This document shows positions 55,383-64,000 of a DNA stretch of 64,000 bases, one piece after another. The notes under the pieces are model-generated. The model saw nothing but the letters and a program-made list of their open reading frames with translations. It did not search any database and had not been told where the DNA came from. Each line of letters opens with the position of its first letter. Position 1 is the first letter of the stretch. This DNA is from an uncultured virus (IMG/VR IMGVR_UViG_3300026549_002462) (lineage: Duplodnaviria; Heunggongvirae; Uroviricota; Caudoviricetes). The stretch lies in IMG/VR virus record IMGVR_UViG_3300026549_002462; one strand, written 5' to 3'. The position numbers and the translations under genes were made by a program.

Positions 55383-55612
55383 TATCATGGGCGCATTCCT
55401 CCCCGGCTTAAAGAAGCCGTGGTCTCCTGCGCTACGTAACGAGAAAGGTTTATGATGAAAAATCGATCCCTCAGCAGAGCCGAGGCTCAGGACTCTGCAG
55501 CGTGCAAGCTGCTAAGTGCTGCCGGGCCGGCTGCGGTTTCACCAGGTATATGCTGTGGCCGGCTGTTAACGACAAATTCAACCATTTACATATATATAAG
55601 GAGATGCCGAAG

Positions 55613-56323
55613 ATGCTGAGACGGCTTAGGCGCAACGAAATAGAGACATTCTATACGGATCGGTATTCCCCGTATGTGCGAGAGCTTTCTCAGTACGGAA
55701 GTACCGACGGGATGCAGGTCTTTAATATGACGAAAAAGGCAGCCTCCGGAGATCTTGGCATATACGTCTTCTCGGACGATGAATGTGAAAAGGGATTCGT
55801 TATCGTCGAGCTGAAAGGAGATCTTCTCAGACCGAGACTCCTTCTTCATGCATTCTATGTGAATGAGGATTTCAGAAGGAAGGGCACCGGAACGATCATG
55901 TTCGGTGAGCTTCTCGGAATGGCCGATGCTCCGCTTGTATCTACAGTTCTCTATAAGAACAGACCTGCGGTGAGGTTCTGGAGAAAGATGATAGCTGTCT
56001 ACGGACTTCAGCCGGTATCTCTGGATCAGGACATCGTCTGTGGCCCGGTACGTGAGCCGGTATTCTGCGTGAGAAAGCCGGACGGTGTAGGCTGCGCTGA
56101 CAGGATGCTCTGGCCTGTAGATATGCTTGGCCTTGCCAACAGGACCAGGTATGGGCTCCTCAGGAGCGGGATTCGCACTGTCAGTGATGTTCTTAAAACG
56201 AGGGAGGAAGAACTTATAACGATACGTAATTTCGGGCAGATCTCGATGGACGACCTCAGAGAAGCCCTGATCGACATCGGAAATGCCCCGAACTGGTCAA
56301 CTACCCGCCGCTTAACTCGCTGA
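55613..56323 (+). CDS. GNAT acetyltransferase fused to an RNA polymerase alpha-CTD-like domain
   Basis: FYV..DFRRKGTG acetyl-CoA motif. C-terminal LGL..RT...L.RSGI.TV.D.....EEL..IRNFG..S. Confidence 0.75.
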   Translation: MLRRLRRNEIETFYTDRYSPYVRELSQYGSTDGMQVFNMTKKAASGDLGIYVFSDDECEKGFVIVELKGDLLRPRLLLHAFYVNEDFRRKGTGTIMFGELLGMADAPLVSTVLYKNRPAVRFWRKMIAVYGLQPVSLDQDIVCGPVREPVFCVRKPDGVGCADRMLWPVDMLGLANRTRYGLLRSGIRTVSDVLKTREEELITIRNFGQISMDDLREALIDIGNAPNWSTTRRLTR

Positions 56324-56495
56324 CGCTTCGTTAGAAGCGGGGGCTTGTAAGGCGAGAGTAGTTGAGCAAGAGCGTGATGTATCTCACACTGCGGGATTTT
56401 CCCAGTCCCGCACATACTGGTCTGATGCACCAAGCTCAGGGAAACATCACCCGCCCATCGAGGCGGAGACTAACAGTTATAACTCAACTAGAAGG
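56296..56495 (+). ncRNA. omegaRNA scaffold of IscB2 (~200 nt)
   Basis: TCAACTAC/GTAGTTGA closing stem and multiple hairpins upstream of iscB. Confidence 0.8.
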
Positions 56496-56509
56496 AAAGG
56501 AGGACGCAC

Positions 56510-57973
56510 ATGACATACGTATATGTGCTGAGCAGGAGCGGCAGGCCGCTTATGCCGACAGCAAGATGCGGCCATGTGCGCATCCTGCTGAAGGAAAAGA
56601 AAGCCAGGGTCGTATGCGGCAGGCCGTTCACAGTGCAGCTTCTGTACGATACAGACGAAGCAGAGCCATATCTCTACGGAGGAACAGACCCGGGCAGGAC
56701 GAACATCGGCAATGCCGTCGTGACGGAAGACGGCGAGTGCGTTTACCGCGACAAGGTCGAGACAAGAAATGATGAAGTGGCGAAAGGCGTGTCCGACAGG
56801 AAGAAGAATCGTCAGGCTCGGCGCAGAGGTGAAAGGCTCGTAAGGAAGCGCCGGGCGAAAAGATGCGGCACCCTGTCGACAAAGCTCGGAAGCGGCAGAC
56901 TTATCCCGGGGACGAAAAAGCCTACGCTCGTGAAGGATATCATCAATCAGGAGGCGCGGTTCCGGAACCGGAAGAAGAGGCAGCTCATAACACCGAGTGT
57001 TAAACAGCTTGTCGACACGCATCTGAACCACGTCGATCAGATAAGAAAGATACTTCCGGTCAAAGGCTGGTGCCTGGAAGCTAACCGCTTCGCGTTCATG
57101 AAGCTGGAGGACGGATCGGTCAGAGGTATCGACTTCCAGAACGGCAGACTGAAAGGCTACGCCTCGGTCGATGATTTCGTGTACGAGCGTCAGAAAGGCA
57201 AGTGCTTCTGCTGCGGAGCCCCGATCGAACACTACCATCATGTGAAGGAGCAGAACGACAACGGCTTTGACGGACCGGAGAACAAGGTGGGTCTGTGCAA
57301 TAGCTGCCACACTAAGATACATATCGGTGAGCTCGAGCTCGATGTCGAGGGCTTCGGCAAGAAGTATCAGGCGCTGAGCGTGCTGAACCAGGCAATACCG
57401 TACATTTATCTGGGCCTTGTCGAACGCTTCGATGAAGAGAATGTCTTCATCTGCGCCGGATACGACACGAAGGAGATACGCGAAGCAGCCGGCCTTGACA
57501 AGGACCACGATATCGATGCTCTGTGCATCGCGTCGATGGCGACAGGCGTGATACCAAAGCAGCCTGAGGAACAGGCCTTCAGTGTGAAGCAGTACAGGCG
57601 CCACGACAGAGCGAAGATCAACAATCAGCCTGAACGCACATACAAGCTTGACGGCAAGACCGTTGCGAGGAACCGAAAGCCGCGCATCGACCAGAAAGGC
57701 CTCGCATTGTCACAGTGGTACGAAAAGCAGGTCAGACTTTGCGGCAGGAAAGAAGCTGACCGCATGCTGTCGAGGCTGAAGGTAAGGAAGTCCTACAGAC
57801 GCTACAACAACCTGTACCGCGTCATGCCGGGTGCGATCGTTCGCCATGACGGCAGGATCGAAGTTATGGAGAGACAGCAGAACAACGGCTATTACTTCAA
57901 CCTTCGATGCGGGAGAATAAAGGCTTCAGAATGCGAGATCCTGCACCATAACGCAGGGCTTGTATATATTTAG
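56510..57973 (+). CDS. iscB: RNA-guided endonuclease IscB (OgeuIscB-like)
   Basis: PLMPT.RCGHVRILLKE, DPGRTNIG, LE.NRF, HYHHV, KDH..DA.CIA. Confidence 0.93.
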   Translation: MTYVYVLSRSGRPLMPTARCGHVRILLKEKKARVVCGRPFTVQLLYDTDEAEPYLYGGTDPGRTNIGNAVVTEDGECVYRDKVETRNDEVAKGVSDRKKNRQARRRGERLVRKRRAKRCGTLSTKLGSGRLIPGTKKPTLVKDIINQEARFRNRKKRQLITPSVKQLVDTHLNHVDQIRKILPVKGWCLEANRFAFMKLEDGSVRGIDFQNGRLKGYASVDDFVYERQKGKCFCCGAPIEHYHHVKEQNDNGFDGPENKVGLCNSCHTKIHIGELELDVEGFGKKYQALSVLNQAIPYIYLGLVERFDEENVFICAGYDTKEIREAAGLDKDHDIDALCIASMATGVIPKQPEEQAFSVKQYRRHDRAKINNQPERTYKLDGKTVARNRKPRIDQKGLALSQWYEKQVRLCGRKEADRMLSRLKVRKSYRRYNNLYRVMPGAIVRHDGRIEVMERQQNNGYYFNLRCGRIKASECEILHHNAGLVYI

Positions 57974-58057
57974 CGATTCATCCCCTACCTGTAGAGGAAG
58001 GGGCTTTCTCGCAAAGTGTTGGTAAACGATGTGCAAACATCAGAAAGGAAACGCGAC

Positions 58058-59101
58058 ATGGCAGAAAGTGCAGTAACAAGTTTCAAGAAGACGCTTGAGG
58101 AAACTACCAAAGAAACAGGCTACAACTATCAGGTCCTCCATCCGAATTTCACTTCGGTGCTCAGTAATGGCAGAATCTACGCCCACTGGTTTGAGCCGGG
58201 GACTGTAATCGCTTCTGTTGAGGCCGACGGCAATGTCATCATCTTTGATATTTCCGGAGATCTCAAGGCGGACATCTTTGATCCCGAAGGGGCTCTCACT
58301 AAAACATTTGAGAAAACTCTTACAGAGATCCCTCCTGTAGATGGACTCAAGCTTGTCAGCGACAAGGATGTAAATGCTCTTCTTAGCGAAGGCGGACTCA
58401 ACGGGTACAAGATGGACCTGTACGAGGGGAATGTCGTCCGAGTTTACCTTGAGGCACATCCGGAGGTCTTCGTGTATGCGAAGCACCCAAGTGTAGCAAG
58501 GGCTATCGTCAACGTAGAACTGGTCGAGGAACTTCTTTCACGAGTTCCGGAAGAATCAGAAGAAGAGCAGGTGCAGGAAGAAACGGACGCGTTCGCTCTT
58601 GCACCTTCTGAAGAAGCTGAGGTGATGGAAGATGCGGAATTTGCAGAAGAGGAGTCCGTTTCTGAAGAAAAGAAGCCTGCAAAGAAGACTGCGAAGAAAA
58701 AGTCGGCAAAGAAGGCCTCTGAAGCTCCGATGTCTGTCGAAGCCAGATACGATCTTCTTCCTCTCGATGTTATCGGATCGTTCCTGGACAAGTTTGGCGT
58801 AATGAGTCAGGTCTCATTCTTCTCCGCGATCGAGGGCTATAAGAAGGGCAGCAGCAGACTCCTGGACGCCGCTGTGGCAATAGCGCAGGACGTGTATGCT
58901 GACGGACCTGAGGCGGTGATGAAGCTTGCATGCATCGCAGCGGGAAAAACTGAGGCAGCAGGAGACGCGCCGCGCGATTCGCTCTACTACATCAATGACG
59001 CAGTCAATGAATATCTGCTCCATCTGAGAAGTGGAGATGATGAGACGGATCACATCGCTAATATTCTTTGGGACATGATCTGCGGAGAAGCAGCAGATTA
59101 A
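58058..59101 (+). CDS. Hypothetical protein with degenerate C-terminal DUF5664 (dATP/dGTP diphosphohydrolase)-like segment
   Basis: RYDLLP...GDDETDH.A..LW pattern. Start MAESA at 58058. Confidence 0.5.
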   Translation: MAESAVTSFKKTLEETTKETGYNYQVLHPNFTSVLSNGRIYAHWFEPGTVIASVEADGNVIIFDISGDLKADIFDPEGALTKTFEKTLTEIPPVDGLKLVSDKDVNALLSEGGLNGYKMDLYEGNVVRVYLEAHPEVFVYAKHPSVARAIVNVELVEELLSRVPEESEEEQVQEETDAFALAPSEEAEVMEDAEFAEEESVSEEKKPAKKTAKKKSAKKASEAPMSVEARYDLLPLDVIGSFLDKFGVMSQVSFFSAIEGYKKGSSRLLDAAVAIAQDVYADGPEAVMKLACIAAGKTEAAGDAPRDSLYYINDAVNEYLLHLRSGDDETDHIANILWDMICGEAAD

Positions 59102-59150
59102 ATACAACTAAGATCTCAAGGCCGGCTGTCATGCAGTCGGCCTGGAGTGT

Positions 59151-60173
59151 ATGGAAGAAAAAATGCAGAGCAGCCCTTGTGAGCTGCACAGACGAGTAGC
59201 TATGGTTAGGAATAAAGCAAATAAAACACACAAGACAGACGACATACAGAAGCTGAAGAAAGAAAAGCTGATCGCTCTTTTGGAGAAAGGGGCGAGCAGA
59301 CTGGGTGTTTATGCGTCTTCTGCGGTAGCTATTGGCGGGGAACCGGGGGTGTTCGGCGTCGTGGATTACATGACCTTTTCCCCGTCAGGGACTGAAGATA
59401 TATCCGGCATAGAGAAGGGCGTATTTACATGCTATATGGTAAGAACCAGTTACAAGGAACTATATTCAGATGAAAGCCTGAATTTTGTCGGTGAGAGAAA
59501 TTATCTTGTAACGACTGCGGATGTCTACGCCCGTATCGTTGATGATGAGCAGGCAGATAAGGAAAAGGGTGTGATGAATGCGGAGGGCGGGAAACTGCAG
59601 AAGCATATCCAGTCCTTGAATCCCGAGGCAAAGTGTCATATCGGGGCAGATGTCGGGATCCTTGTTGCAGTTCGAAAAGGGGAGTCTCTATCTGAGGCGT
59701 GCTCCAGGCCTGCTGAGTTTGATCCGGATGAAGAATACACTCTCATATGTGCAGAGCCATGCAGCAACAGAGCAGCAAGAAGACACGGTATGACCGAGAT
59801 GCTGTTTCTGATGCTGAGGGCATATAAGATGAAGGCCGGGAGAATCGCTTTGCGGTATGGTGCTGAAGATTTAAAGAATCTGCAGCTGAACCAGAGGCTT
59901 TCATATGACGGCAGGGGACGGCTCCTTCTTGACGGCGATCCCGTGTCATTCAGAAGGACCAAGACCAGGAAGATGTTTGATTATCTGGTATGGAACCGCG
60001 GACGTTGGGTGTCAAACGAGGAACTGCTGGATGAGGTCTGGGGCGATCCGAGTGATGCAAATAAATCCAGCCTGCGGGTCAGTAGGTCTGAGATGGTTGC
60101 GATCCTCAGGGCAGCGGGCTGTGAGGACCTTCTTTCCCGTGAATGGGGCTGGCAAGGTATTTTCGAGGAATAG
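59151..60173 (+). CDS. Degenerate PD-(D/E)xK-like domain fused to an OmpR/SARP-type winged helix
   Basis: VDYM.F.P..IEKG.F.CY...NF.G..NY. C-terminal K..K.FDYLV..RG..VS.EEL...VW. Confidence 0.55.
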   Translation: MEEKMQSSPCELHRRVAMVRNKANKTHKTDDIQKLKKEKLIALLEKGASRLGVYASSAVAIGGEPGVFGVVDYMTFSPSGTEDISGIEKGVFTCYMVRTSYKELYSDESLNFVGERNYLVTTADVYARIVDDEQADKEKGVMNAEGGKLQKHIQSLNPEAKCHIGADVGILVAVRKGESLSEACSRPAEFDPDEEYTLICAEPCSNRAARRHGMTEMLFLMLRAYKMKAGRIALRYGAEDLKNLQLNQRLSYDGRGRLLLDGDPVSFRRTKTRKMFDYLVWNRGRWVSNEELLDEVWGDPSDANKSSLRVSRSEMVAILRAAGCEDLLSREWGWQGIFEE

Positions 60174-60282
60174 AGAAAGGGGGCTTTTCAATGTCAGGAA
60201 CGATGGGGTTTGAGTCGGGCAAGGAGCAGATAGACTTTGCCAGGCGATATGCGAAAGAGGTTTTAGAGGGGGATATCTTCAT

Positions 60283-61623
60283 CATAATTCGCGCAGGATA
60301 CTCCCGCCTCTATAGGCGGCGAGAGGAATGCGCATTACCCGCCTTTCTCACTAAACGTGTGGTATAATATGTTTAATGAAACAAACACTGACTGCGAAAC
60401 TCAAAATAGTTCCGACTGAAGTGGATGCTACGCTGCTGGCAGATACCATGCATGCATATACTTCCGCTTGTAATTTTGCGTCTGAATACATTTTCGAGAC
60501 CCACGATCTTGTTCAGGCCTCTCTTAACAGAGCGCTGTACCATAATATTCGAACAAACTTCGGACTTCGATCACAGATGGCGCAGTCTGTTCTGAAAACT
60601 GTTATTGCAAGATACAGAACGATCCTGACTAACCAGCATAAGTGGATAAAGCCTGTTTTCAGAAAGCCTGAGCTTGACCTTGTCTGGAACAGAGACTATT
60701 CGCTTAATGCGGATAAGACGTTATTCAGCGTCAACACCCTTGACGGAAGGATCAAGGTTTCCTTCTTTTCGAAAGGTGCAGACCTGAACGGCATGTTCGG
60801 TACTGCGAAGCTTGTGCACAGGCACGGCAAGTTTTTTCTGCACGTACCGGTGACAAAAGAGATCAATGCGCTCTCTATGAGTGATGTCTCGAATATCGTC
60901 GGTGTCGACCGCGGGATCCGCTTCCTAGCCGCTACATATAACAGTAACGGGAAAAGCGTATTTTGCTCCGGCAATGCCGTCAAGGAAAAGCGCGCTCACT
61001 ATAAGGCACTTCGCAAGCAGCTGCAGCAGGTCGGCACTCCGTCTTCGAGACGAAGACTTAAAGCCCTCGGACAGCGAGAAAACCGTTGGATGCGCGATGT
61101 CAATCATTGCGTATCGAAGGCACTCGTTGAAAATAATCCCGAAGGCACGCTTTTCGTTCTCGAGGACCTAAATAATATCCGCAAGGCTACCGAACGTGTC
61201 TGCAAAGACGGACGCTATGTTTCAGTCTCGTGGGCTTACTTTGACCTTGAGCAGAAGCTTAAGTATAAGGCCCTCAAGAATCGCCAGTTAGTTGTTAACG
61301 TTGATCCTGCATACACTTCGCAGACCTGCCCTAAGTGCGGCCATGTAGCTAAAAGTAATCGTGATAAGAAGAAGCATCTCTTCTGCTGCGAGAACTGTGG
61401 CTACACGTCCAATGACGACCGTATCGGGGCTATGAATCTGCACCGCATGGGAATCGAGTACCTGGTGCAGTGCCAGGGGAGCAACGCTCCTCTGGCCGGG
61501 TAGCAGTCAATCTGCCCTGATGTGACGACAGCTCTCCTTTGAGAGTTATAAACGTGGGAGGCTTATGCCGGACACCACGGGTCTGTCACAAGCTCCCGCC
61601 TCTATAGGCGGTGAGTAGTTGAC
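60283..61623 (+). mobile_element. IS1341-type (tnpB-only) IS200/IS605 element
   Basis: Near-identical end hairpins CTCCCGCCTCTATAGGCGG(C/T)GAG at 60301 and 61593. Ends in TAGTTGAC, preceded by (T)TCAT. Confidence 0.9.
60376..61503 (+). CDS. tnpB: RNA-guided endonuclease TnpB
   Basis: VGVDRG, VLEDL, YTSQTCPKCG...CENCG, NDD..GA.N. Confidence 0.95.
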   Translation: MKQTLTAKLKIVPTEVDATLLADTMHAYTSACNFASEYIFETHDLVQASLNRALYHNIRTNFGLRSQMAQSVLKTVIARYRTILTNQHKWIKPVFRKPELDLVWNRDYSLNADKTLFSVNTLDGRIKVSFFSKGADLNGMFGTAKLVHRHGKFFLHVPVTKEINALSMSDVSNIVGVDRGIRFLAATYNSNGKSVFCSGNAVKEKRAHYKALRKQLQQVGTPSSRRRLKALGQRENRWMRDVNHCVSKALVENNPEGTLFVLEDLNNIRKATERVCKDGRYVSVSWAYFDLEQKLKYKALKNRQLVVNVDPAYTSQTCPKCGHVAKSNRDKKKHLFCCENCGYTSNDDRIGAMNLHRMGIEYLVQCQGSNAPLAG

Positions 61624-62258
61624 TCAGATATCTGCATACATAGATTTTCTGAGGATATCTATGACGACAGCGAGACTATCCTGCGAGCTTGATGAGGCTA
61701 TAGAGCATTACGATTATGCGGAATGGCTGGTGGGTGCAGGCTGCAGTGAGGTCGCTGAGCTGGACGGGTGCCTCGGACGGGCATCTGTTCTTTTGGTCAC
61801 GGTAACAGAGAGGACGCTTGCAAGGATACGTGCCATAATACTGAAATTCCCTGAAACTGCACAGCTTACACTGTGGGGCGGGAAGGTGCCGGACGATGAC
61901 AGATTCTTTGAAATGCTCGAGACCTACATGGTAGACTCAGATGGGTTGGATTACACCTATCCGATGGTAGAAACAAACATCTTCTTCTGTGATTCAGTAA
62001 GAGCTGTGCTTGGGATATATGCTGAAACGCAGCGGGAGGCCTGACGAGGCGTATGCAATCAAACATGTAATCTCTACTAAGTCTTGCGCACGCGCGTATG
62101 ATGTAGATATAGTCGTAAAAAGTTGTATGTAACGGGCTGGACTCGTGCATGCGCAAGTATGGTTTGTAAATGCGTATTTATCGAGACCGTCAATCGTGCA
62201 TAGTTCGCGCTCAAGCACGCACTGATAGCAGATCGTCTTAAGAGGAGGAACCTTCTTG

Positions 62259-64000
62259 ATGGGGAAAAAGCTGATAATAGCTGAAAAACCCAGTCTGATG
62301 CGGACCATAATCCACGCCCTTGAGTCAATGGGCGAAAGGTTCAGCGAATCAGAAGATAAAGAGTATTATGAGAGCCCGAGCTATGTGGCGACAGCCCAGT
62401 TCGGACATCTTCTGGAGCTTAAAATGTCGGAGGAATATGAAGGCAGGGAAGGTCTTTCGTGGAACCTTGCCTACCTACCTTTCTTCCCACAAAGATATGA
62501 ATATAACATCAGAAGTGACGCAAAGAAGCGATACAGCACTATAGGAAAGCTTCTTAAACGCGGCGACATAGACGTTGTGATCCATTGCGGGGACCCTGAT
62601 CGCGAAGGGCAGATCCTCGTTGATCTTGTGCTCCGTAATCTAGGCAATAAAAAGCCTGTTATAAGGCCTCAGCTCAAGGCACTTACAGACGAAGCGATCC
62701 TTGACGCTTTCAGGGCCGCAAAACCAAACGCGGAATACAAAGACGTTTTCAACGAGGGAATGACCCGCATGTGTTTTGACTGGGATTTCGGTATAAATCT
62801 CAGCCAGTATGCGACGCTCAAGACAAATGCAAGGCCAGCTCTCAATGTAGGAAGGGTCATAGGTGCTATCGTCACCGAGATATATAACAGGGATGTCTCT
62901 ATAGAGAGGTTCGTCCCTGAAGAGTATTTCAAGGTCGTATCTGACGTCGATGGCGGTTTTAAGCTCACATCCAAGCTGAAATTTCCGGGAGACAAGTTTA
63001 ATGAGGCAGAAGACTATGCCCGGAAGCTGCAGGCAGGCGATTCTGTGGTCTCCGACATCCAGAAGAAACGCATAACAAAGAAGCCGCCGAAGCTGTTTTC
63101 ACAGACGTCACTTCAGGCGGCTATGTCGAAGAAGTTTAATTATAAGCCTGAGCAGACTCTTGATCTTGCTCAGAAACTATACGAAAAGGGTTTTACTTCA
63201 TATCCCCGGACCAACACCGAATATATAGCAGAGGACGAGAAGGAGAACATAAAAGGAGTAATAAATAAGATAAACAGGGATGGTCATCTGGCATTCAGAG
63301 ACAGCAAGTCCATATTTGACGACAGCAAGATAGACGGGCATTCGGCTATCACTGTCACTGGGAAAAGGCCGTCAGGGTTGTCTGATGCGGAAAAGAACTG
63401 TTATCTCACTATCCTTTACCGCTTTATGGCCGTGTTCTGTAAGGATCCTTGTCTTTATGATAAGACAACTGTTGTTATAGATAATCCGCTTGAGCAGTTC
63501 AAGGTCAGCGGTGAGGTAATGGTGCAGCAGGGATGGCAAAGGTTTGAGCCGCCTGCAGGGAAAAGGGACAAAGATTCTGATGATGACAAGGATCAGGACG
63601 AAAGCCGCGTCCTGCCTCCTGTGAATATAGGCGACAAAGTGGAGACGGATTTCAAGGCGGTTTCTGCGGAGACGAAGCCTCCGAAGCATTACACTGTTGA
63701 AACTCTCGGCAAATGGATGCAGAATCCGTTCAGAAAGGAAGACTCTACTGACGAGGAAGATTACAAGAACATATTAGCAGGATTGGAGATCGGGACGGAG
63801 GCCACAAGAGCCGGGATCTTAGCCAAGGCCACCGACAAGGGATACATAAGCCTTAAGAAAAAAGCGTATCACATAGAGCCGAGAGGGAGGTTCCTTGTAG
63901 AGAGCTGCAAGGGCCTCGGCATAGACTTTTCTGCGCAGATGACCGCGGACATGGGCAGAAAGCTCAAGTCTGTCGGCAGGGGCGAGATTGGTATTATGGA
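62259..64000 (+). CDS. topB: Type IA DNA topoisomerase (TopB/TraE-like), runs off the window end
   Basis: Translated by hand: MGKKLIIAEKPS, GHLLEL, GDPDREG, LNVGRV, AQKLYE.G..SYPRT, IGTEATRA. Confidence 0.92.
   Translation, partial: MGKKLIIAEKPSLMRTIIHALESMGERFSESEDKEYYESPSYVATAQFGHLLELKMSEEYEGREGLSWNLAYLPFFPQRYEYNIRSDAKKRYSTIGKLLKRGDIDVVIHCGDPDREGQILVDLVLRNLGNKKPVIRPQLKALTDEAILDAFRAAKPNAEYKDVFNEGMTRMCFDWDFGINLSQYATLKTNARPALNVGRVIGAIVTEIYNRDVSIERFVPEEYFKVVSDVDGGFKLTSKLKFPGDKFNEAEDYARKLQAGDSVVSDIQKKRITKKPPKLFSQTSLQAAMSKKFNYKPEQTLDLAQKLYEKGFTSYPRTNTEYIAEDEKENIKGVINKINRDGHLAFRDSKSIFDDSKIDGHSAITVTGKRPSGLSDAEKNCYLTILYRFMAVFCKDPCLYDKTTVVIDNPLEQFKVSGEVMVQQGWQRFEPPAGKRDKDSDDDKDQDESRVLPPVNIGDKVETDFKAVSAETKPPKHYTVETLGKWMQNPFRKEDSTDEEDYKNILAGLEIGTEATRAGILAKATDKGYISLKKKAYHIEPRGRFLVESCKGLGIDFSAQMTADMGRKLKSVGRGEIGIM

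Larger units (their letters stand above)
53659..55440 (+). mobile_element. Non-autonomous IS200/IS605 element carrying IscB (element 1)
   Basis: Starts GTCAACTAC plus hairpin. Sub-terminal hairpin at 55391-55432. Right boundary uncertain by about 2 nt. Confidence 0.85.
56296..58021 (+). mobile_element. Non-autonomous IS200/IS605 element carrying IscB (element 2)
   Basis: Starts GTCAACTAC. The far end reads TTAC|..AAAG-CCCCT hairpin on the bottom strand (IS608-like left end). Confidence 0.88.
60191..62044 (+). pseudogene. ~170 aa gene split by the TnpB element
   Basis: 60191-60282 joins 61624-62044 in frame (TTC AT|T CAG). Confidence 0.8.

Noticed and set aside
60283..61623. IStron (group I intron-IS hybrid) explanation for the in-gene TnpB insertion
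   Set aside because: Only about 90 nt lie between the left end and tnpB, too short for a group I intron core.
62050..62240. Intergenic region before topB as oriT
   Set aside because: No recognisable nic motif or strong inverted repeat could be supported.

Overview
This 64 kb window is part of a large conjugative, probably low-copy plasmid. A Clostridia-type Firmicute host is inferred from gene content. Positions 1-21.5 kb (minus strand) carry a Gram-positive T4SS region: PrgI, a giant multi-domain cell-wall hydrolase, VirB6-, VirB2-, VirD4- and VirB4-like genes, and an S1-domain protein. At 22.3-24.4 kb lies an iteron replicon with an AT-rich region, about 11 copies of TCAATCGTGACATTTTGGGG and a Rep_3 initiator. 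At 24.7-47.2 kb (minus strand) is a DNA-processing/establishment block: primase, Sak/Rad52, tandem-OB SSB, ParAB, RecD2, YqaJ, Cas4-like/UvrD fusion, vWA plus MoxR AAA, and HU. At 47.3-64 kb (plus strand) are SSB, an SNF2 helicase, a tRNA/tRNA-like RNA cluster, three non-autonomous IS200/IS605 OMEGA elements (two IscB, one TnpB) and a partial topoisomerase III. The most interesting unexplained structure is non-coding. (i) A duplicated promoter-terminator-hairpin leader shows compensatory base changes, and many more terminators sit just upstream of co-oriented genes, suggesting an attenuation/antitermination regulon. (ii) Three to four ~89 bp repeats each abut a stop codon and bracket gene pairs like cassettes. 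(iii) An array of D-arm-less tRNA-like RNAs surrounds a tRNA-Pro. All family assignments come from reading motifs by eye; no database searches were run.
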